Of a DNA stretch of 32,000 nucleotides, positions 27,902 through 32,000 are shown piece after piece. The stretch is taken from positions 1 through 32,000 of the forward strand of contig NZ_JAIMJA010000025.1 in assembly GCF_021295315.1 (NCBI RefSeq), in the 5' to 3' direction. Source of the DNA: Motilimonas cestriensis. Lineage in GTDB: Bacteria; Pseudomonadota; Gammaproteobacteria; Enterobacterales; CBDFNC01. Under the pieces are notes generated by a model. It saw only the letters and a list, made by a program, of their open reading frames with translations, was not told where the DNA came from and searched no databases. The position numbers and the translations under genes were made by a program. Within the stretch, counting starts at the first letter, position 1, and the number at the start of each line of letters is the position of its first letter.

Positions 27902-28639
27902 ATGAAACTTGGCCTATTCCCAAATAATTTAATGGCAACAATACTAAGTCAAGCTAATCCTAATAAAGTACAAGAAAACTCGACGTCTCTTAGCCAAGAT
28001 ACGCTGCACACTTTAACGACTGATACCTATTACAAGGGGAAGGAGCAAGAGCCTGATCCCGTATACAGTCGCCCGATGGTGATCACTGAATCTAAATATA
28101 CTGTCGCTGAAATGGAAGAGCGCCAACGCATGCGAGACATCGCACTTGGTCAGCTCTATCTCGGTGGTGATATGTTTCATGCCGCAGACCAAATGACTAA
28201 CCATTATGATGAGTTTATGTCAAAAATCGAAGCGGAAAACCCAAAACTAGCTGATAAAAATTGGGGATTTTCGGTTAATGCCGAAGGGGCAATAGAGGTG
28301 ACAGGGAAACTCGCCGATACCGAAAAGCGCTATTTAGAAAACATTCTTAATGAGGACACCAGTTTTGTTTGGTTAGCGCAAGGTATTAAAGAGGATTTTT
28401 TGAAATACACTGAGATGGAGCGGGGAGGGCCGGATGGAACCAGTCAATACTGGGGTAAATATGATGTTAATGAGGACAACTTTGGTGACATTATTGATAT
28501 GCGTGAATTGATTGAGGTTTCAAGAGAAACCAACGAGGCAACAACGCTATTTGGCCGAAACCTAAATGTATTTCGCTTTGTCGGTAACTTTGGTAGCCAA
28601 CTTGGAATAAACGCTGACGTTAAACATGCTTCGGCCTAA
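27902..28639 (+). CDS. Hypothetical protein (245 aa), acidic, with no signal peptide and no recognisable domain
   Basis: This is a long ORF with coding-like composition. No motif is recognised. Confidence 0.55.
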   Translation: MKLGLFPNNLMATILSQANPNKVQENSTSLSQDTLHTLTTDTYYKGKEQEPDPVYSRPMVITESKYTVAEMEERQRMRDIALGQLYLGGDMFHAADQMTNHYDEFMSKIEAENPKLADKNWGFSVNAEGAIEVTGKLADTEKRYLENILNEDTSFVWLAQGIKEDFLKYTEMERGGPDGTSQYWGKYDVNEDNFGDIIDMRELIEVSRETNEATTLFGRNLNVFRFVGNFGSQLGINADVKHASA

Positions 28640-28684
28640 TGGTTATGCTTATAATCAATTAGCATGTTATACACATACTTAGCG

Positions 28685-30013
28685 TTATGGGACTACTTTT
28701 ATCGCAATCGCATTGTCATCCTTATTGAAGCCGTCAATACTGTTTAGCTGGCTAAGTATCTTATTCATCTCTGAAATTTGTTTAATTATACGGTGTGAAA
28801 CCTCCGCTGTACCCTCTGCAATCGTAGAGTTGTTTCTCAATACCGGCTCTACTTGGGTTAGACCGTCATCTGCATGAGTGATGCTTTCTGTTTGTAACTT
28901 GGTCGCAGAATCAATGTCTTGCGTTAAGCTAAGCAATTTAGATACATCCTGAACAATATATTCTAGTCGCGAAGCAACATCGTCTACGGCGGTTTTTCCC
29001 GATTCAACGCTCTCAATAGATGCGAGAATAAGCTCGCCTGTTTTTCTCGCAGCATTAGATGACCGCTGGGCCAGTGTTCGCACCTCATCAGCAACGACCG
29101 CAAAGCCACGGCCTTGTTCTCCGGCCCTAGCGGCTTCAATGGCGGCATTAAGAGCAAGTAAGTTGGTTTGCTCGGCAATGCCGTCGATAACCTGAATGAC
29201 TTCTCCGATGGCTTTACTTGAAGTGCTGAGTTTTTCGATCGTTGTTACCATTGCACTCATGGCACTGCTGGCATGCTCGACACGTTCAACTATTTCACTT
29301 GCAAATGAACGGACATCGGCAACGCTTGAAGCATTGGCTTCAGACTGAATTCTCACTTCAGATAAGGATTGACTCATTTCTTCTATGGTACTTAACAGCT
29401 CCGTGGTACTAGAAGCAAGGCTAATGCCCACTTCGCTAACGTTATTCGCATCGTTACTTAAGCTATCTGTCATGCCCATAATATGTTTATAAACTCGCGC
29501 AAGTGCGACTTTTTCCGTCACATCTGAGACAACTTCAACATGGCCAATACGTTTACCTTGGGTATTCTTCAAATAGCATGTGTCGACGTCAAAGTCTTTG
29601 TCCCATTGATTAAAGTGCGTTTTAGTTTTGTTATTACGCAGACATTCGACACCACAGTTTGGAGTTTTACAAATATTCGCCCCCCAGTTATTACAAGCTT
29701 GTCCTAATACATCTGCACGAGTTACCCCTAGAGGCGAGGTTGCGGCTTTGTTTACAAACGTCCATTTCATATCAATATCAGTAACAGATAAAGGCAAAGG
29801 TACAGCGTCGAGAATCTGCTCATACCAATGATTTTGCTCCACCATTTGGCGATTTTGGTAAATGAATAGCACGAGTGTCGCGATAGCGAGCACTACAGGT
29901 AAAACGATGAGAAAGGTATTGTTCGGTTGATCTATAAAAAGGTTAGCCGACAATAAAATTATCTGTGCGCCAATGAGTACTATTGCTAATAAAAGGTTTC
30001 TATTATCCATCAA
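28685..30013 (-). CDS. Methyl-accepting chemotaxis protein with a cytoplasmic Cys-rich PAS-like sensor and no HAMP
   Basis: Two closely spaced N-terminal TM helices are followed by a PAS-like segment of about 110 aa ([24 protein letters not shown]...) that contains [18 protein letters not shown]. The canonical MCP signalling hairpin follows ([38 protein letters not shown]). Confidence 0.9.
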   Translation of the reverse strand: MMDNRNLLLAIVLIGAQIILLSANLFIDQPNNTFLIVLPVVLAIATLVLFIYQNRQMVEQNHWYEQILDAVPLPLSVTDIDMKWTFVNKAATSPLGVTRADVLGQACNNWGANICKTPNCGVECLRNNKTKTHFNQWDKDFDVDTCYLKNTQGKRIGHVEVVSDVTEKVALARVYKHIMGMTDSLSNDANNVSEVGISLASSTTELLSTIEEMSQSLSEVRIQSEANASSVADVRSFASEIVERVEHASSAMSAMVTTIEKLSTSSKAIGEVIQVIDGIAEQTNLLALNAAIEAARAGEQGRGFAVVADEVRTLAQRSSNAARKTGELILASIESVESGKTAVDDVASRLEYIVQDVSKLLSLTQDIDSATKLQTESITHADDGLTQVEPVLRNNSTIAEGTAEVSHRIIKQISEMNKILSQLNSIDGFNKDDNAIAIKVVP

Positions 30014-30686
30014 GTACTTCTCCCAAAATTAACATGACTGCACTTTGTTTTATTATAGTGTGGAGGTCTGCAAATGCGTTGTTTATTGCTAAGTTCACAA
30101 GATTTAGCGAGTCAATCGTAAATTATAAAGTTAATAAAAAGTATACTTAAGAGGATTTATCCTATTGGGTGTATCTGACGCTTTGCGCTTTGCCGACTTG
30201 AGCCCGTGATCATCTATTGATAGCGGTACCAGGGGAGTTTAACCAGCTATTTATCAAGCTATCTGCTTTCCTAGCAACAGATAGCCTAAACCCTAAAACA
30301 GCTTTACCAGCGCAGCAAGACTTAAGCCCAGTCTAAGGTGTTGTTGGGGCGATAGCATCGCCTCAGGAAAGGTTTACATTAAAGACGGTGAACGAGTGGC
30401 CCAAGCGGCCAACTTACCTTACAGTGAAGTTGAGGTGTGATTTAACAGTCGTTTAAGCACGTTTAATAATATTTAATTTTAAATAAGTAAACTTAGTAAA
30501 ATGGGCTGTTGGTTATGATTTTTCAATCTAACCGAATTTTCTTTCCAAACTATGTGGCGCGCTACATCAAAATAAAGTGAAAAATGAACCTTGGTTCACA
30601 TTTTTTTTCGATGTTTTTTTTGCTGTGACTAAATAGGAGTTATGCACACAAGGCTGGCAACCTTGCTGTGCAAGGCCTGTGTAGAC

Positions 30687-30721
30687 TTATCCACTATTTT
30701 TGTGGATAAGTGTGTGGGTTA
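30687..30721. promoter_or_regulatory. DnaA-box cluster of two strong boxes head-to-head plus one weaker box
   Basis: TTATCCACT lies at 30687-30695 on the plus strand (8/9 to TTATNCACA). TGTGGATAA at 30701-30709 is a 9/9 box on the minus strand. TGTGGGTTA at 30713-30721 is a 7/9 box on the minus strand. The first two form the dyad TTATCCAC-N7-GTGGATAA. Confidence 0.6.
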
Positions 30722-30873
30722 AGGTCTGTTAAGTGCTTCTGAGCCTTGTGCCATCAGGGGTTGAGCTTATCACTATATTTTATGTTATATATTGTCATAT
30801 CCTTTAATAACAATAACTTAATTATGTCAATAGTGTCATGTTTATGGAGGTGGTGAATAAATTAATTTCTTAG

Positions 30874-30889
30874 CTGTACAATTGTTCAG
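30874..30889. promoter_or_regulatory. Candidate LexA (SOS) box upstream of uvrB
   Basis: CTGTACAATTGTTCAG fits CTG-N10-CAG with an AT-rich centre (consensus CTGT-N8-ACAG, one mismatch). It contains a TACAAT -10-like hexamer. It is 365 bp upstream of the uvrB start, so it may also be a chance match. Confidence 0.4.
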
Positions 30890-31254
30890 CTGTGGGTTAT
30901 TTCTTTTTTCGCTAAGAAAATTTAGGGATAGTCAACCATAAAATGAAAAAAATTAACGTTATCTTTTATTGCTTATTCGCCCATCATGAGTTTCAAAAAA
31001 TGTTTCACCGCGTTAGTTAGTAGGTCATTACCAATGACGGTAAATAGAGAGCTAACTTTAAAGGATTTTAAGCTTTAACTGGCTGGTGAAGCCTAATATG
31101 ACTGATCAGTCTCGCCTTTATCGCATTTTTATCGCAGCTGGGCTTGGCAATGCCTGATAACGCCAGTTTTATCGGTTAAAATAGAGCAAAATTTCGGTTG
31201 GCAAAATATAAACAGTTAAGCTACGGTGCATGCTTGCCCAAAGGAGCCTATATA

Positions 31255-32000
31255 GTGAAAAAATCATTTCAACTTGAATCCGCATTTAAACCCAGTGGTG
31301 ATCAGCCTGAGGCGATTAGCAGTTTAGTTGAGGGTTTTAATGACGGTTTAGCGCACCAAGTGCTGCTTGGTGTGACAGGCTCGGGTAAAACCTTCACTGT
31401 GGCTAATTTGATCACTGAGCTGGATCGGCCAACTATTATTATGGCGCCAAACAAAACGCTGGCGGCGCAGCTCTATGGTGAGATGAAAGAGTTTTTTCCT
31501 AATAATGCCGTCGAGTATTTTGTTTCATATTACGATTATTACCAACCAGAAGCTTATGTGCCTAGCACCGACACATTTATTGACAAAGATGCATCGGTCA
31601 ATGATCACATTGAACAGATGCGGCTTTCGGCGACTAAGGCGCTGATGGAGCGCCGTGATGTCATCATCGTTGCGTCTGTCTCCGCCATCTATGGCCTTGG
31701 TGATCCGCAATCCTACTTGTCGATGATGTTGCACTTAACCACGGGCGATATAATTGATCAGCGTGATATTTTACGTCGTTTGGCGGAAATTCAATATACC
31801 CGCAATGATATGGCGTTTAGTCGCGGTACCTTTCGCGTGCGTGGCGAGGTGATAGATGTGTTCCCGGCAGAATCGGACAAGCACGCGGTGCGCATTGAGC
31901 TGTTTGATGGTGAGGTAGAGCGCTTAAGCTTATTTGACCCGCTAACGGGCCAGAGTTTAACAGATGTACCTCGGATCACGGTTTATCCTAAAACTCACTA
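31255..32000 (+). CDS. uvrB: Excinuclease ABC subunit B (5' part; continues beyond the window)
   Basis: The GTG start has AAGGAG 8 nt upstream. The translation [53 protein letters not shown]...[16 protein letters not shown] is collinear with E. coli UvrB. It is absent from the ORF track because no stop codon lies in the window. Confidence 0.97.
   Translation, partial: MKKSFQLESAFKPSGDQPEAISSLVEGFNDGLAHQVLLGVTGSGKTFTVANLITELDRPTIIMAPNKTLAAQLYGEMKEFFPNNAVEYFVSYYDYYQPEAYVPSTDTFIDKDASVNDHIEQMRLSATKALMERRDVIIVASVSAIYGLGDPQSYLSMMLHLTTGDIIDQRDILRRLAEIQYTRNDMAFSRGTFRVRGEVIDVFPAESDKHAVRIELFDGEVERLSLFDPLTGQSLTDVPRITVYPKTH

Noticed and set aside
27150-30013. The idea that the orphan ORF and the MCP form a genomic island integrated at the tRNA-Asn genes.
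   Set aside because: I saw no integrase, no mobility genes and no direct repeat of the tRNA 3' end. The tRNA 3' ends also point away from these genes.
30185-30215. The minus-strand string GGCAAAGCGCAAAGCG, which resembles c-di-GMP-I (GEMM) riboswitch conserved segments.
   Set aside because: The intervening tetraloop hairpin and the second stem of GEMM-I are missing. I also found no TPP, FMN, cobalamin, glycine or lysine riboswitch signature strings in the 1.24-kb gap.
30644-30721. A 25-codon ORF (ATG at 30644, MHTRLATLLCKACVDLSTIFVDKCVG) spanning the DnaA boxes, and a 25-codon ORF at 30943-31020.
   Set aside because: The first has a GGAG only 2 nt from the ATG, which is too close. The second has no convincing Shine-Dalgarno sequence. 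Both are short enough to arise by chance in AT-rich DNA.
31525-31979. Two minus-strand ORFs (31525-31734 and 31791-31979).
   Set aside because: They are antisense to the unmistakable uvrB coding sequence, which the ORF track missed only because it has no stop in the window.

Overview
This is a chromosomal segment from a gammaproteobacterium, about 44% GC. The gene content looks Alteromonadales-like, which is an inference. Most of it is core housekeeping DNA. From left to right it contains:

- The inward end of an IS3-family element that has cut off the 5' part of a yjdF-like (DUF2238) gene.
- A LysR regulator divergent from a two-gene RND efflux operon (adaptor plus pump, with no outer-membrane factor gene).
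- An uncharacterised alpha/beta-type protein followed by a cytoplasmic RCC1-repeat beta-propeller protein.
- A RidA-family gene, a DUF2007 gene and a DUF3047 gene.
- The radical-SAM gene ygiQ.
- A clear ortholog of the replication-terminus protein Tus.
- Small Cys-rich and membrane ORFs.
- A DUF1800/DUF1501 (lipoprotein plus Tat-exported) pair.
- gloA.
- The complete rnfABCDGE-nth operon on the minus strand. rnfC carries a roughly 630-bp tandem-repeat extension.
- A degenerate GGDEF-EAL membrane protein.
- Three tandem tRNA-Asn(GUU) genes behind a near-consensus promoter.
- An orphan 245-aa ORF.
- An MCP with a Cys-rich cytoplasmic PAS-like sensor.
- A 1.24-kb ORF-free region.
- The 5' part of uvrB.

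I found no recognisable defence island, CRISPR array, prophage or toxin-antitoxin module. Four things deserve the closest second look:

1. The ORF-free region upstream of uvrB. It holds a head-to-head DnaA-box cluster (DARS1-like), a LexA-box candidate, and a hairpin-rich candidate structured RNA.
2. The tus locus, which has an upstream gene remnant and a 12-bp-arm palindrome but no recognisable Ter site.
3. The near-perfect 150-bp coding repeats in rnfC.
4. Several sensor or unknown-function proteins: the degenerate GGDEF-EAL protein, the Cys-rich PAS MCP, DUF1800/DUF1501, and the RCC1 pair.

All family assignments come from reading the translated sequences. No database search was run.
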